Below are positions 24,999 to 35,427 of a DNA stretch of 64,000 nucleotides, one piece after another. The notes beneath the pieces were generated by a model. The model had not been told where the DNA came from. It worked only from the letters and a program-made list of their open reading frames with translations, and ran no database searches. Positions within the stretch are counted from its first letter, which is position 1; every line of letters starts with the position of its first letter. The position numbers were made by a program, and so were the translations under genes. Origin of the DNA: a virus; IMG/VR virus record IMGVR_UViG_3300025282_000024; one strand, given 5' to 3'.

Positions 24999-27900
24999 TT
25001 AATCCTCAAAAGATGCTCCCGTATTTGTAATAATGAAATCAATGGCAATATATTCAATTGAACGTGCAGGTTTAATATAGATTTTTGCATACATAATGTT
25101 TCTGTCTATAAGATCTGGAGTGGTGGTTGTCTCGTCGAGAATAACCTTATAATCTGTTAAGCCTAGGCCAGCTTTCACATCTGCCAAGAACGGCTCCACT
25201 TTAGATTTAAACCGTGTCCAAGTCACCTCCACATTCTGATCGAACAAAATAGTTGCAGCAAATCTAGAAACTTGCTTCTTCAAGTAAATAAGAAGCCTTC
25301 TCACGTTGATTCTATCAAGCGCCGAAGCCCCTACTTGCAAAGTTTTCTGACCGAAGATTACAATCCCTTCTGCTGGGAAAGAAGCAATCGGGTTAATTTG
25401 ATTCTCATAAAGCCGATCCCTTTGCTTGGAAGTGAGTTTCTCCTCCACGCTGACGACGGGAACTCCGCCGGCTCGATTGGCACTTAAACCTCCGCGAGTG
25501 AAACCTGCCGGAGCAAACCAAAGTTGAGAATTAGCCTCACCGTAGGACATTGCGCCGATGGCAACGACTGACGGAGGTGCCCAAAGTGTAACACCATTAA
25601 TGGTATCCCTAATCTGGACCCATGGATAATAAGCACATCCGTAACTACTATTAACCTGAAGATTGTTTCTCTTTTCACTAACAACAGTCTTTACTTTCCC
25701 TCGACGGGCCACTCGCGTGCCATCCGACTCGGAAGGAGGCTGGTAGCCACCTTTAAGATCAATGACTGCCAGGGCGTCCCCTCTGTTTTCACACATATCT
25801 ACTAATTTATTATTAAGTGTGTTATAAGTGAGACCAGGCATCGATGCCACATTATATTCTACAACTTCGGGGTCACTCAGGGAATCCATCGCGACCGTAA
25901 CAGAGTTATAAGGAGCATCTGTTGCTTCTGTAGAGTCAGAATCCCACTGAGAATTCCTAAAGGGATCACTTTCTCTAATATTTAAGCCGTCAGCTCCACC
26001 ATGTAAACAAGTCGTGAATTGTTTCCAGCCGGCTGTGTCACCTCCATAATTATCATCAATAACATTTAGATAATTAGGTAACGATGGCCCAGCGACGGTT
26101 GCAGCTTTGGAGCCGGTATGTGCAGTATAGGAAGTTCCGTTCACACGTGAACCAGATTCATATACGGCATTTGCAGCATAGCTCGCGACTGACGTCGCGA
26201 TCGTAATGGCCGAATTTCTAACATCATCTAGTGTAAAAATCCACGAAGCCTCAGTGAGCCCGGCAGTTGCATCCCAACTATCAATGTCTTCACATCTCGT
26301 TCGGAGTACATCAATAACACTATCATCAAAGCGAGAGCTGTTATATGTAGTATCTACCCCAAAATAAGCATCTTTAGGGTCTGCCAGCGCAGAGCCTTCC
26401 GACGAACTCCCTCGCAATCTTAATTGCGGGAATTTAAATCCAGCTTTGGGGCTGGAGCCAGTGGGAGAGTAGAGCAGCGCCTTATTGGTCGCGGCTAAGG
26501 CGCCGGCTGAAATCGAAGCGGTGCTATCCAGCGTACTGAGCATCGGATCAGCAACGCCAACGCTTACAAAAGCGTCGGTCGCGCCGGCAAGGGCAGCCGC
26601 TAGCGGGTCTGTTTCGAAATAGCTTCTAAGGTTACCCGAAGCTGCGGTTCCCCATCCGACATAACGAACGGGGCCATAAACACCATAGGGAATGCTTTTT
26701 TCATTAACCGTGGCGCGTTGTACATCGCTGTGTGCCTCTACGTAGACATAATTAGAAACGTTTTCAAAATCTCCGAAAGTTCTATATCTTCTATCCGTGT
26801 CATCCCATTGAACAAATTTATCACCAATTTTTCTAGCTACGTAATTGCTAGAAGCAGGGTCCAAAGTACAATTATTGTATTGTTCTAAAATAACTGGAGC
26901 AGCGTCGATATCGTTAATAGCTCGAACTACAACAGTAAAGCTTCCATATTGATTGCTGTCAAGAGGGTCTGCTGCTCTAAGATCTCTAATACCCACTTTA
27001 ACCTTGCGCTGTGTTTCTTCACCCAGTTCACGGCTACATAATCTAAAAAGTTTTTGCATCTTTTCTGGGTTATAGGTACCTGGCACGACGGAGCCCGCGT
27101 CGACGCTTCCTCCGCCGGTGGTGGATAAATCTTGAGAAATAAACCATCCCGTCTTAGCAAATTGCTGTGTCGGACTTTTGGTCGGCGACATTGTAAAATT
27201 ACCATGGTCCTCGGTTTCATCTGGAGAACCCACTCTCATGAGGGCGCCCCAAGTGTTGTTAGCCACAGATCCCGATATTCCTAGGGCTCCAGCGTTAGGG
27301 AAGGTTCTTAAATTACCCTCAAACGATTCTCCAAGCCAATAATTTATATTATTATCAGCGCCGACAACATCTGAATTTGTTTTAATTGGGTTTGTATTAA
27401 ATACCTTTCGAATAAATCGAGGGGAGTCCGGATTAAAATTAAAAGCAGACTCAACAACAATATTATCACTCGAATCTCTAATTGTAGCCTTAAATGTCAC
27501 GCCAGTGTCGACGGCCCTATAAAACGTAAAAGCAGAAGCCGTCGCCGCGTTGACAGTGGAAGCGGTCAGCGCCAAATTTCCAGTAAGCTGAATACTTCCG
27601 TTTGTCAAGTACCAAATAGCGGCTAGGGTACCTGTCATCAGGTTTGCGTCTCCGAAAACGGGGAAAGTGTGCGATCCCGACTCGAAAGCGGAGGCCGTCA
27701 GAGCGGTCGCTGCACTTGGCCCCTCACATACAAAGAGCCCATATGCACCATTATTGGACGCGGGGGCGGCACTTGGGGCCACACTATCGGCAGTCGCCCA
27801 GCCGGCATATGCGGTGGAGGCTGCGGCAGCTGCATTTGTTTGTCCCAGTAGTCTAACTACAGTTATAGGAGAGTTATTGCGTAGCCAAGCCTGGGCCGCA

Positions 27901-28154
27901 TATGCTGCATATGTTGGGGAAGTATAATTTCCGTATCGGAAAACGTCACCGCCGGCACCTCCGGGAATCGGGTTACCAAAAACTTCTACAAATTCTGAAA
28001 ATGAACTAACTTGTACGGGCTTTAAAGCAGGCCCTCGCTCCAACCTTCCAATAACAGCGGGCCCAATGGCAGCTGGTAAGGCGGGTAACTGAGAATTATC
28101 AATTTCATTAATAAAAATTCCCGGTGATATAAACTTAAATTTCTTGTAAGACAT
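24999..28154 (-). CDS. Contractile tail sheath protein (gp18-like)
   Basis: SPGIFINEID, YYPWV, PPS, WFAPAGFTRG, INPI, GQKTLQ, LDRINVRRLL, IYIKPARSIEYI. Confidence 0.95.
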   Translation of the reverse strand: MSYKKFKFISPGIFINEIDNSQLPALPAAIGPAVIGRLERGPALKPVQVSSFSEFVEVFGNPIPGGAGGDVFRYGNYTSPTYAAYAAQAWLRNNSPITVVRLLGQTNAAAAASTAYAGWATADSVAPSAAPASNNGAYGLFVCEGPSAATALTASAFESGSHTFPVFGDANLMTGTLAAIWYLTNGSIQLTGNLALTASTVNAATASAFTFYRAVDTGVTFKATIRDSSDNIVVESAFNFNPDSPRFIRKVFNTNPIKTNSDVVGADNNINYWLGESFEGNLRTFPNAGALGISGSVANNTWGALMRVGSPDETEDHGNFTMSPTKSPTQQFAKTGWFISQDLSTTGGGSVDAGSVVPGTYNPEKMQKLFRLCSRELGEETQRKVKVGIRDLRAADPLDSNQYGSFTVVVRAINDIDAAPVILEQYNNCTLDPASSNYVARKIGDKFVQWDDTDRRYRTFGDFENVSNYVYVEAHSDVQRATVNEKSIPYGVYGPVRYVGWGTAASGNLRSYFETDPLAAALAGATDAFVSVGVADPMLSTLDSTASISAGALAATNKALLYSPTGSSPKAGFKFPQLRLRGSSSEGSALADPKDAYFGVDTTYNSSRFDDSVIDVLRTRCEDIDSWDATAGLTEASWIFTLDDVRNSAITIATSVASYAANAVYESGSRVNGTSYTAHTGSKAATVAGPSLPNYLNVIDDNYGGDTAGWKQFTTCLHGGADGLNIRESDPFRNSQWDSDSTEATDAPYNSVTVAMDSLSDPEVVEYNVASMPGLTYNTLNNKLVDMCENRGDALAVIDLKGGYQPPSESDGTRVARRGKVKTVVSEKRNNLQVNSSYGCAYYPWVQIRDTINGVTLWAPPSVVAIGAMSYGEANSQLWFAPAGFTRGGLSANRAGGVPVVSVEEKLTSKQRDRLYENQINPIASFPAEGIVIFGQKTLQVGASALDRINVRRLLIYLKKQVSRFAATILFDQNVEVTWTRFKSKVEPFLADVKAGLGLTDYKVILDETTTTPDLIDRNIMYAKIYIKPARSIEYIAIDFIITNTGASFED

Positions 28155-28233
28155 ATGCTGTTCTCTCCTTTAAACAGGGGGTGCTATTTCTTTAATAAAT
28201 AGTAGTACAATAAAGCAAAAACCTTTTTTAATC

Positions 28234-29139
28234 TCAATCTCTATAAAATCCACTTTTTGGATCAAAGTCTTGTTTATCGTCCAAAATAACGCGCTCTCTA
28301 GGTATTTTAACCTCAACTGCATTTTCCGTTTTAATAATTCGAGGGCGCTCTTGATTTTTGCCCTCTCCAATAACATATCCCAACACTTCAAAATTAACAA
28401 CTGTTTGAAAAATTCTCTCTTCTTGATCGAAAGAAGAGATATTATTGTTTTGTGATAGGTCGGATTGTAAAAAAGTTTCATATGTGTGGCCATCGCGCTC
28501 TATCAAAAAAGAGTTTATATGGCCACCCAATGTAACAAAGGGTTGTAACATCTGATTCATGTGCTGTTGATAGTTCGCTTGTAACGTTACTTGATACCCA
28601 ATATTCACATATACAGGTTGTGGTACCGAAAGTGTTTCTATTACCACTTTTTTATTTCTCTTCTCCGTAAGAGGATAATAAGATTGACGTCCCGGAGTTC
28701 GATGCACATTATTAAATTTTTTCTTATTTTGTGCAATTGCAAAATTGTTTGTTTTATCATTAACTATCCTTTTAGATACTACAATTCGGCCTCCTCTGGT
28801 GGGATCAGTAAACTGTGTTGGTGCGCCAAAAAATTTACCTTTTTTAACGAGGTCTCTTGTCATAGATGTTCTTTGAAGGCTTATAACAGGGTAAATTAAC
28901 GTACCATCTAAACTAAATCTGTCTTTATTTTCTTTCGAAAAATAAGACCGCTCGGGGGATGCCCAAATTATATTAACTTTTGTCCACCCCTTGTTGGTAT
29001 TGGCTCTGATTTGTAACTTATCCTTAACAAAATCATAAAATGCGTAATCAATTGTTTCAAAGTCGGAAGGGTTCAAAAAAGCTTTATCTAGGAGGTTATT
29101 TTGCTTTTCTAGAACTTTAGAATCACTATCAGTTGCCAT
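28234..29139 (-). CDS. Tail completion/terminator protein (gp15-like)
   Basis: ETIDYAF, W.SPER, PVISLQR, P.PVYVNI.Y; located between neck and sheath genes. Confidence 0.55.
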   Translation of the reverse strand: MATDSDSKVLEKQNNLLDKAFLNPSDFETIDYAFYDFVKDKLQIRANTNKGWTKVNIIWASPERSYFSKENKDRFSLDGTLIYPVISLQRTSMTRDLVKKGKFFGAPTQFTDPTRGGRIVVSKRIVNDKTNNFAIAQNKKKFNNVHRTPGRQSYYPLTEKRNKKVVIETLSVPQPVYVNIGYQVTLQANYQQHMNQMLQPFVTLGGHINSFLIERDGHTYETFLQSDLSQNNNISSFDQEERIFQTVVNFEVLGYVIGEGKNQERPRIIKTENAVEVKIPRERVILDDKQDFDPKSGFYRD

Positions 29140-29641
29140 CGAAAGTCCCCTCCCTTGCTTTTATGCACTTAGCCTCGGCTTCGAAAATGCGCTCTCGACC
29201 CTCCCACGCTTGGCCAAAAATTTGTCGAGGATAGTTTATAGTGGCAATTTCAAATAAGTCTTCACCATATAATATAAAATCACCTTCACGAATATATAGA
29301 TCCTGATCTTCTGTTAATCTTCTTCTATGAAATTTTACTGTAAGGGAAAGTCGTTTATCAATACCTAAATTATTAACCGTAGTTGTATAACCCTCCCAAG
29401 TAACCAAAACATGAACTCTAATTGGAGATAAAAAGCTCTTTTGTATGGCCTCTCCGTATAAAGGGTGAAAATTAGTATGTTCCACACTAATAGGGTAATA
29501 AATTATTTCTTGTCCAATGACGCGTTCAATTAATTCATCATTAACTTGCTTAACTAAATTTCTTTCCTTCTCTCCTAAAAATAAAGGAGGAGGAGGAGAA
29601 GCTGGTTGTGACCATTTAGTTTTGTCTGTTGGGTCTGCCAC
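29129..29641 (-). CDS. Neck/head-closure protein (gp14-like)
   Basis: ELIERVIGQ.IIYYP, HPLYGEA, REGDFI; GTG start. Confidence 0.65.
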   Translation of the reverse strand: MADPTDKTKWSQPASPPPPLFLGEKERNLVKQVNDELIERVIGQEIIYYPISVEHTNFHPLYGEAIQKSFLSPIRVHVLVTWEGYTTTVNNLGIDKRLSLTVKFHRRRLTEDQDLYIREGDFILYGEDLFEIATINYPRQIFGQAWEGRERIFEAEAKCIKAREGTFDGN

Positions 29642-29645
29642 TTAT

Positions 29646-30944
29646 TTACCCCACAAAAACCTTTAAAGGTATTAATTTATTAATTGTGTTTACGGCTTCC
29701 ATAAGGGTGGCATCTTCTGCCATCAGTTTAGTGTAGGTTAATTCATCCAGAGTTGTTCTTAATTCTTCTCTTAGTTTTTCTTGCTCTGTCTGTGCTTGGG
29801 TTAAAAGTGCGGGGCCGTCGAGGGTCACACTTTCGCCCGGAATTGGTATGGTTGTAAATTTACTTCTAATATTTCCTAAAGTTTCTTTCGAAAGAGACAA
29901 AGCAAACCTTCTAATCCATTGTTTGCCTATTGCATTAATATTTTCATAAGGCAGATTTTCATAGGGAAGGGTATTCATGTTATTAATACCCTCAATCCCT
30001 GATTTTCCGCCGCGCCCCGAAGTGTCGCTTTCTTCCCAAGGATCAGAGTCAACAAAAAATTCTATCCAATATTTAGAAGGGCCCGCTTGATAGGCATCCG
30101 GAAAAATACGAAGTCTATTATTCTTGATTTCGTAGGAATACTGTGAATTTCTTGTATAAATCGCATCCTCAAAAGCCATAGATTGCGCTTTATTCTGCCA
30201 TGTTGGTATGATTTCAAATGTTGAATCATCAGCCCACTGTCCATAACTAGCCAAATTCCCAACTGTATTTATGCCCCCATAATACCCATAAAACCTCCAC
30301 ATGGCCTGGGGCGTTTTATAAAAAACTCTTGTTATATTAATTCGTTTATCGCCCACTTGACCAAAAAAAGGAAGTGACGCAGTGCCGGCTGCAGAAGAAG
30401 ACACTATCTGTTGCAAATCATAATCTTGTCGACCCGATACTGCATCGAAGGAAGCAGAATAAATGGCTACCTCTCCGCCGAAACCAACTTCTGTAGAAAC
30501 TCCATAACCCACGCGTCGAGAATAAGCAAACTCAAACCGTGGAAATTTCAAATTAATATTTTTGCCCGCAAGGGAATCTCCAGTCTGGAGTTGCCCATCA
30601 TGATCAAATGTTCCGGTGGTTGCGCCTAGAAGGTCAGAAAGTGCATTTTTAGCTTGATGAATATTAAGAATATAAGAATATTCCAAAACAGATTCTTCAT
30701 AAGAAGCATAGATATTATTATCAGTTAATTCAATATCTAATACGTCCCCACCTAGCTTTTTATACGTATAGGATACTTGCTCTGCGGCGCCAGTACAAAA
30801 ATATTGAGAAAATAGCGCAGATGTTGTATTGGAATATAATCCAAAAGGCAAATTAGCATTATCTTCAACATCGGCTGCTAGGCTGCTTGTCGTTAAAACA
30901 ACAGCACTCATTTGTGAAACAGGATTTAAAGTAGGCAATGCCAT
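29646..30944 (-). CDS. Neck/head-tail adaptor protein (gp13-like)
   Basis: KKLGGDVLDIEL, QWIRRFALSLSKETLG.IRSKF..IP.PG..VTLDG. Confidence 0.75.
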   Translation of the reverse strand: MALPTLNPVSQMSAVVLTTSSLAADVEDNANLPFGLYSNTTSALFSQYFCTGAAEQVSYTYKKLGGDVLDIELTDNNIYASYEESVLEYSYILNIHQAKNALSDLLGATTGTFDHDGQLQTGDSLAGKNINLKFPRFEFAYSRRVGYGVSTEVGFGGEVAIYSASFDAVSGRQDYDLQQIVSSSAAGTASLPFFGQVGDKRINITRVFYKTPQAMWRFYGYYGGINTVGNLASYGQWADDSTFEIIPTWQNKAQSMAFEDAIYTRNSQYSYEIKNNRLRIFPDAYQAGPSKYWIEFFVDSDPWEESDTSGRGGKSGIEGINNMNTLPYENLPYENINAIGKQWIRRFALSLSKETLGNIRSKFTTIPIPGESVTLDGPALLTQAQTEQEKLREELRTTLDELTYTKLMAEDATLMEAVNTINKLIPLKVFVG

Positions 30945-30997
30945 TCATTTGGTCTCCTACCAATAAATAGTTAAGACGAAGGTAAAAAAACTAAATG

Positions 30998-31237
30998 TTA
31001 GTTGTTTGTTGGTTTTTTACTTTCAGCGGCCCTTAAATCAGATTGAAGCTTAGTCGCTTTAGGGGCTTTCTCCCGTTTCTTCCCTTCAGGGGGAGTTGCC
31101 ACTGACGCTTCAACTACCTTTTTAGGCTTTGGACGTCGCTCAACAACTTTCGGCTTTGGTGCTGTCTTGGGCACCACAACAACTGTATTCTTTTTTCGCG
31201 CCTGGATAAGGCGTAATCTTTTCTTTTTTCTACCCAT
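30998..31237 (-). CDS. Small highly basic protein
   Basis: 79 aa K/R/P-rich; SD AAGGAG and CTATTTAT motif upstream. Confidence 0.6.
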   Translation of the reverse strand: MGRKKKRLRLIQARKKNTVVVVPKTAPKPKVVERRPKPKKVVEASVATPPEGKKREKAPKATKLQSDLRAAESKKPTNN

Positions 31238-31342
31238 GGGAAATCTCCTTTATATAAATAGTCACTAAAACCCAAAATCTCAAAAAATTGGAGGCGTCAA
31301 ATTTTTGACCAACTCGGTTTTTAAAAACAGTTTGTTTTGTAT

Positions 31343-31375
31343 AAAAAACCCCGGCTTCTTAAAAAGAAGCCGGGG
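31343..31375 (-). terminator. Intrinsic terminator after major capsid gene
   Basis: CCCCGGCTTCTT-ttt-AAGAAGCCGGGG then T6. Confidence 0.88.
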
Positions 31376-31402
31376 CTTATAATTAACCTAAGTTAATTTA
31401 GC

Positions 31403-33229
31403 TTAAGAGCCAGACTCACCAAGCAATCCACGTATAACCACAAGGCCATACATATCAGGACGAACCATCTTCTTGGCGTAGCGGGTCATGACACCCTTAC
31501 GTGGCACGAAGTCTTCCGTACCAAAGATGGTAGGCGTGACTTGCAACGGCACATAAGGAGCATATACATAGCCACTCTCAAGGAAGCTATTGCCCTTACG
31601 ACCAACAAGAACAAGGTTGCGCGGGAAGTAAGGATCGATGTAAACATCGTATTTCTTACTAATTTGGCCAACCTTAAGTGCCCCAGCGGTTCCCTTAGAA
31701 TCATCAACGGTAACGCTTGCGCGGAAACCAGCAGTGAATTCAAGGATAGAAGCAACTTCTGGTGACGTGACCAAGAAATTAGCTCCGCCGCGCAGAGTTT
31801 TTCGGTGGATTTGCGCCGACACATCATTAACTGTCTCTAGGAGTGTCTCATACCACTCAGAAACAGTACCTGTAAAGTCGGGAGCTGCCGTATTGGCACC
31901 CACTTCTGCACCAGTTGTTCTCTCCACAAAAAGACCGGGTGACCGAGACCAGTAATAAGTACCAGCTTTGGCCTCCTTAATGAGGTCTTCAAGGATCTCG
32001 CGGTCAATCTCTAGAGCAATTTGCTCAGAAAGAATCGACGTAAGCTCGACCTCCGCATCAAGATTATGATAAGCATTAAGATCTTGACCAAGTTCGGGGC
32101 TCCACTTTGCCTTGAGCTTTTTGGTGATCGCCGTGACGGACACGGAATCGACCTTCAAGTCAATCTCAGGAATACCGACATTGTTTTCCAATCCCCAGCT
32201 ATCTCTACCAACTACAGCACCAATTGCATTAGTGGTACCAGCAGCAGGTGTACCTGCAAAATCATCCGTAATGGGCCAAGAGAAATTGCAGCCAGCGACC
32301 GCTTGCATTGAAGCGCTGACGGTTGCACCTGAACCTCCGCCTGTTTCCAAGCCGACCACACGCAGCACTCTGTCACTAGTAGTACCCGAAAGGGTCGTCA
32401 AGCGGCGCGCCTGTTGCGCCGTAGCATCGAACATGCCGGCGCCGGCGTTGGTGATGGTGCCCGAAACCACAAAAGCAATCAAATCAGTAAAATTAAATTG
32501 ACCTTGATCCCCCGTGGCAAGCAGAGTATAGTCCGCGATGGCGAAACTCGTACCAGTTCCGGCCGCGCCGGAGACCAATGCGGGATCCCATTGAAGCGTT
32601 CGGTTAATATCAGCTACTGTCATCGTGGTTAATGCGTCAGCAGCGTCGAGTACCGCAGTACCAGCGCCCCAGGTTCCGGAAGCAATGATTGCACAGCCCG
32701 CGGTGTCGTTGGGGCGAAGAACGGCCGAACCAGTTGGGGACGAGTATCCATTGTTCAAATTATAAAAACTCAACGAAGAATTCGCACCAGTAAGATCAAC
32801 ACCGCCAGTGATAGCCTGACCAACTCGACCTCCACCATAGAGTGAGGTATTTTGATTCTGAGCCAGGCGGAATGCGTTAGCGTCCGCGCCAGGCGCAAAC
32901 GTGAAATCCATAAAGAAAATGAGTCCCGATGGGAGACTCATAGGTTGAACACTAACGAGTTCATTGGCGATTAATCCGCCGAAAACACGACGAACAATTG
33001 GGAACGCAACGGCTGCAAAGCCCTCAACGTCTCCGGCGGCCATCGTGGAAGCCTCACGAAGAAGCTCCTTTGCTTGGTTCTCAAGAAGACGAGACATATT
33101 CTGTTTCGCAGTCTCCGAGCCAAGACCTTCTAGAAGTCCGGTTTTACCCCACTTGTTAAGTAAAGCATCTCCTTCCTTTTTCATATCGCGTTTAACGATA
33201 CCTTCTGTTAATTTTTGAAGTATAGACAT
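31403..33229 (-). CDS. Major capsid protein (gp23-like)
   Basis: FPIVRRVFG.LIANELVSVQPM..PSGLIF, KKLKAKWSPEL.QDL.AYH.LDAE.EL, EIDREI, GYVYAPYVPL, GVMTRY. Confidence 0.96.
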   Translation of the reverse strand: MSILQKLTEGIVKRDMKKEGDALLNKWGKTGLLEGLGSETAKQNMSRLLENQAKELLREASTMAAGDVEGFAAVAFPIVRRVFGGLIANELVSVQPMSLPSGLIFFMDFTFAPGADANAFRLAQNQNTSLYGGGRVGQAITGGVDLTGANSSLSFYNLNNGYSSPTGSAVLRPNDTAGCAIIASGTWGAGTAVLDAADALTTMTVADINRTLQWDPALVSGAAGTGTSFAIADYTLLATGDQGQFNFTDLIAFVVSGTITNAGAGMFDATAQQARRLTTLSGTTSDRVLRVVGLETGGGSGATVSASMQAVAGCNFSWPITDDFAGTPAAGTTNAIGAVVGRDSWGLENNVGIPEIDLKVDSVSVTAITKKLKAKWSPELGQDLNAYHNLDAEVELTSILSEQIALEIDREILEDLIKEAKAGTYYWSRSPGLFVERTTGAEVGANTAAPDFTGTVSEWYETLLETVNDVSAQIHRKTLRGGANFLVTSPEVASILEFTAGFRASVTVDDSKGTAGALKVGQISKKYDVYIDPYFPRNLVLVGRKGNSFLESGYVYAPYVPLQVTPTIFGTEDFVPRKGVMTRYAKKMVRPDMYGLVVIRGLLGESGS

Positions 33230-33267
33230 TGTTTTTTCTCCTCCTTTATATGTAATGAAATTAAAAT

Positions 33268-34653
33268 CTAGTCTTTAATCCCGGCAAGAGCTTTCATTCT
33301 CACCGTAAAGGGATCTACCCTTTTTTCCTCTTTACGAGGCATAAAGGCTGAAGAGCGTTTAGTCACAACTTCGTTCAGTGATTTTGGCTTACGACTAAGC
33401 GTATTAGCTCCCACTGCACTTTGAAGAGTTTCATATATAATTTTTGCTTCTTCAACTGTTTTTGCATTCATAATAGTTTCGACAATTCTATCTTTTTGTC
33501 GCTCATTCAACGAGGCGCTATCTAGAACACGGTTCTGGTATAACAACTTAGCATTTGTTAAGTTGGTTTCATTAAGCTTATCTTTAAGCTTATTAATGAC
33601 TGTGCCATATTTTTGTAATTTTTCCTCCAACAAACGGACTTTTTTGTTGAGTGTTTTTTGTTCTGTAATGAGAGTTTTATTCTTTGATTTTAAAGAGCGG
33701 CTCTCCTGTTGAAGCTGGACACTCTCATATGCCTCATATGCTTCATACATAGCATCTGGCGTGTCGTCTTCTTCCAGAGTATCCTTTTTGAAGTGGCCCT
33801 CATACGTATCATCGTCGTCATCTCCCTTGAGGCCCGACATGCCGGTATTTTTATCAGCCTCTTCTTCTAGGGTCTCATCAGCTTCTTCAAATATTTCGTC
33901 ACTCTCTTCTAAGAGAATATCCTTAATCATCTGGACGAGATTTTTTCCCTCCTTGACGTAATCTTTACCTTTGCCGGTATCAGACTTATCTCCCTTCCGC
34001 GATCCATCATCATGGGTGCCTTTGTCTGTTTTAGAATCTTCACCTGCTTTCCAGGTATAGTCTTTTTCGCCCCGATGAGTTTTAGACTCATCGCCCTTCC
34101 GCGATCCATCATCATGGGTGCCTTTGTCTGTTTTAGAATCTTCACCTGCTTTCCAGGTATAGTCTTTTTCGCCCCGATGAGTTTTAGACTCATCGCCCTG
34201 AGAGGCGCCTGTTCTTCCTGCTCCCGTCTCTTCGAGAGTTTCTTCCAATTCTTCTTCATCTAACACAAATTCTTCCTCCAAATATGCTGGATCTACGTCA
34301 TCTTCTTCTAACTGATGCCTAATTGACTCTTCTAATCTATCCAGATCAATGCTAACAAACGTGTCATTAGATGTAGTTGACGCATAAGGCAATTGATCAA
34401 CCACAAATTTGCCATTGTCTTTGGTGTTTTTAGGGGCTTCCAGGTCGACTGTTGGCGCGGCAGGTTCTGTGGGGGGAGCAGCACCAAAAAGGTCATCCAT
34501 TCCCTCCATTCCTTCCTCTTGTTCCAGAATCATATCAACAGCTTGCTTAATGTCCTTCGAAAAATGTTCTACAATCTTCTCTTCTGCGCTTTGGCGGGCT
34601 GCCTCTTTTAATGATTCAGCATCGACAATAGCCTGCTCTAACATGTGGGACAT
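33268..34653 (-). CDS. Prohead core/scaffold protein (gp22-like)
   Basis: Acidic coiled coil directly upstream of MCP; L.E.NL.NAKLLY; C-terminal RMKALAGI. Confidence 0.8.
   Translation of the reverse strand: MSHMLEQAIVDAESLKEAARQSAEEKIVEHFSKDIKQAVDMILEQEEGMEGMDDLFGAAPPTEPAAPTVDLEAPKNTKDNGKFVVDQLPYASTTSNDTFVSIDLDRLEESIRHQLEEDDVDPAYLEEEFVLDEEELEETLEETGAGRTGASQGDESKTHRGEKDYTWKAGEDSKTDKGTHDDGSRKGDESKTHRGEKDYTWKAGEDSKTDKGTHDDGSRKGDKSDTGKGKDYVKEGKNLVQMIKDILLEESDEIFEEADETLEEEADKNTGMSGLKGDDDDDTYEGHFKKDTLEEDDTPDAMYEAYEAYESVQLQQESRSLKSKNKTLITEQKTLNKKVRLLEEKLQKYGTVINKLKDKLNETNLTNAKLLYQNRVLDSASLNERQKDRIVETIMNAKTVEEAKIIYETLQSAVGANTLSRKPKSLNEVVTKRSSAFMPRKEEKRVDPFTVRMKALAGIKD
33992..34199. repeat. Perfect 102-bp tandem duplication (34 aa x2) inside the scaffold gene
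   Basis: Unit starts at 33992 and 34094; GDESKTHRGEKDYTWKAGEDSKTDKGTHDDGSRK twice. Confidence 0.95.
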
Positions 34654-34746
34654 AGTTCGCTCCTTTTAAAAACGGTTTTCCATCAATAATTAGTAGACCA
34701 TAGGTGAAAATGCCCTTTTTATTGTTGAATGTTTAAAGACAAACAT

Positions 34747-35169
34747 TTAATCCGTAAGACCGGAACCCGTCAAAGCATACATCCGCTCTGTAGCGATGTT
34801 TGTTAAAGAGCCGTAAACTATAAAACCACTAGTGGCATTTAAAGAGTGGATCCATATTTCTTTACATTTAACATCAAAGGTGAAAGTCGTTCCCGCGGCG
34901 GAAATACCTAGGAGATGTCTCCCCGTGATGACGCCGGCGTCTGATCCAGTTGAATTAAAAGTGATACCAATCGCAGGATTAGAACCAGAGGCCATGACAG
35001 TTACTGATTTGGTAACAAATGGAAATACAACTTGTTTTTCTTCGCCGGCGTACATGGCGCCCGAACCGGTTAAATAGGGGTGTCCGGAAGCCTGATAAGA
35101 CCCAACATTTCTTAAACCAACTCCATGCGCTGGATAACTAATAAATTTACTATCATCAATCTCTGCCAT
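34747..35169 (-). CDS. Putative virion (head decoration-like) protein
   Basis: 140 aa, G/S/T-rich beta-type composition, in head module, SD AAGGAG. Confidence 0.55.
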   Translation of the reverse strand: MAEIDDSKFISYPAHGVGLRNVGSYQASGHPYLTGSGAMYAGEEKQVVFPFVTKSVTVMASGSNPAIGITFNSTGSDAGVITGRHLLGISAAGTTFTFDVKCKEIWIHSLNATSGFIVYGSLTNIATERMYALTGSGLTD

Positions 35170-35188
35170 TTTTTTCTCCTTCCTTTAA

Positions 35189-35416
35189 TTAGTTGCCTGA
35201 TTCTTTAATCTTTTGATTATGAAGCTTTTCTAAAACCTTTTTTCTTCGCGCTTTTTGTCGGCGCCTTTTGTCAGAGGGCTTTTGATACCTCATATGTTCC
35301 CTATAAAGATCAAGAATTTTACTATTCTTTACTTTTTTCATGAATCTCTTGATCATCGTTCCCGGGTGTTCTTTTTTATTTCTTGGTCGAACCTCTACAT
35401 TAATTACTTTTCCCAT
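35189..35416 (-). CDS. rpsU: Ribosomal protein bS21 homolog
   Basis: V.V......MIKRFMKKVKNSKIL..YREH.RYQKPSDKRRR matches bS21 (alrRFkr..k.gil.e.r.r..yeKPs..rr). Confidence 0.82.
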   Translation of the reverse strand: MGKVINVEVRPRNKKEHPGTMIKRFMKKVKNSKILDLYREHMRYQKPSDKRRRQKARRKKVLEKLHNQKIKESGN

Positions 35417-35427
35417 ATTATCCACCC

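Noticed and set aside
28170-28493. Alternative-frame minus ORF overlapping 28234..29139 (also 14980..15294, 31486..31827, 33927..34259, 51918..52214)
   Set aside because: Nested in conserved genes, with no RBS or protein-like features and no slippery site seen.
33992-34199. CRISPR-like array
   Set aside because: Two contiguous in-frame 102-bp units without spacers; no CRISPR array or cas gene seen anywhere in the window.
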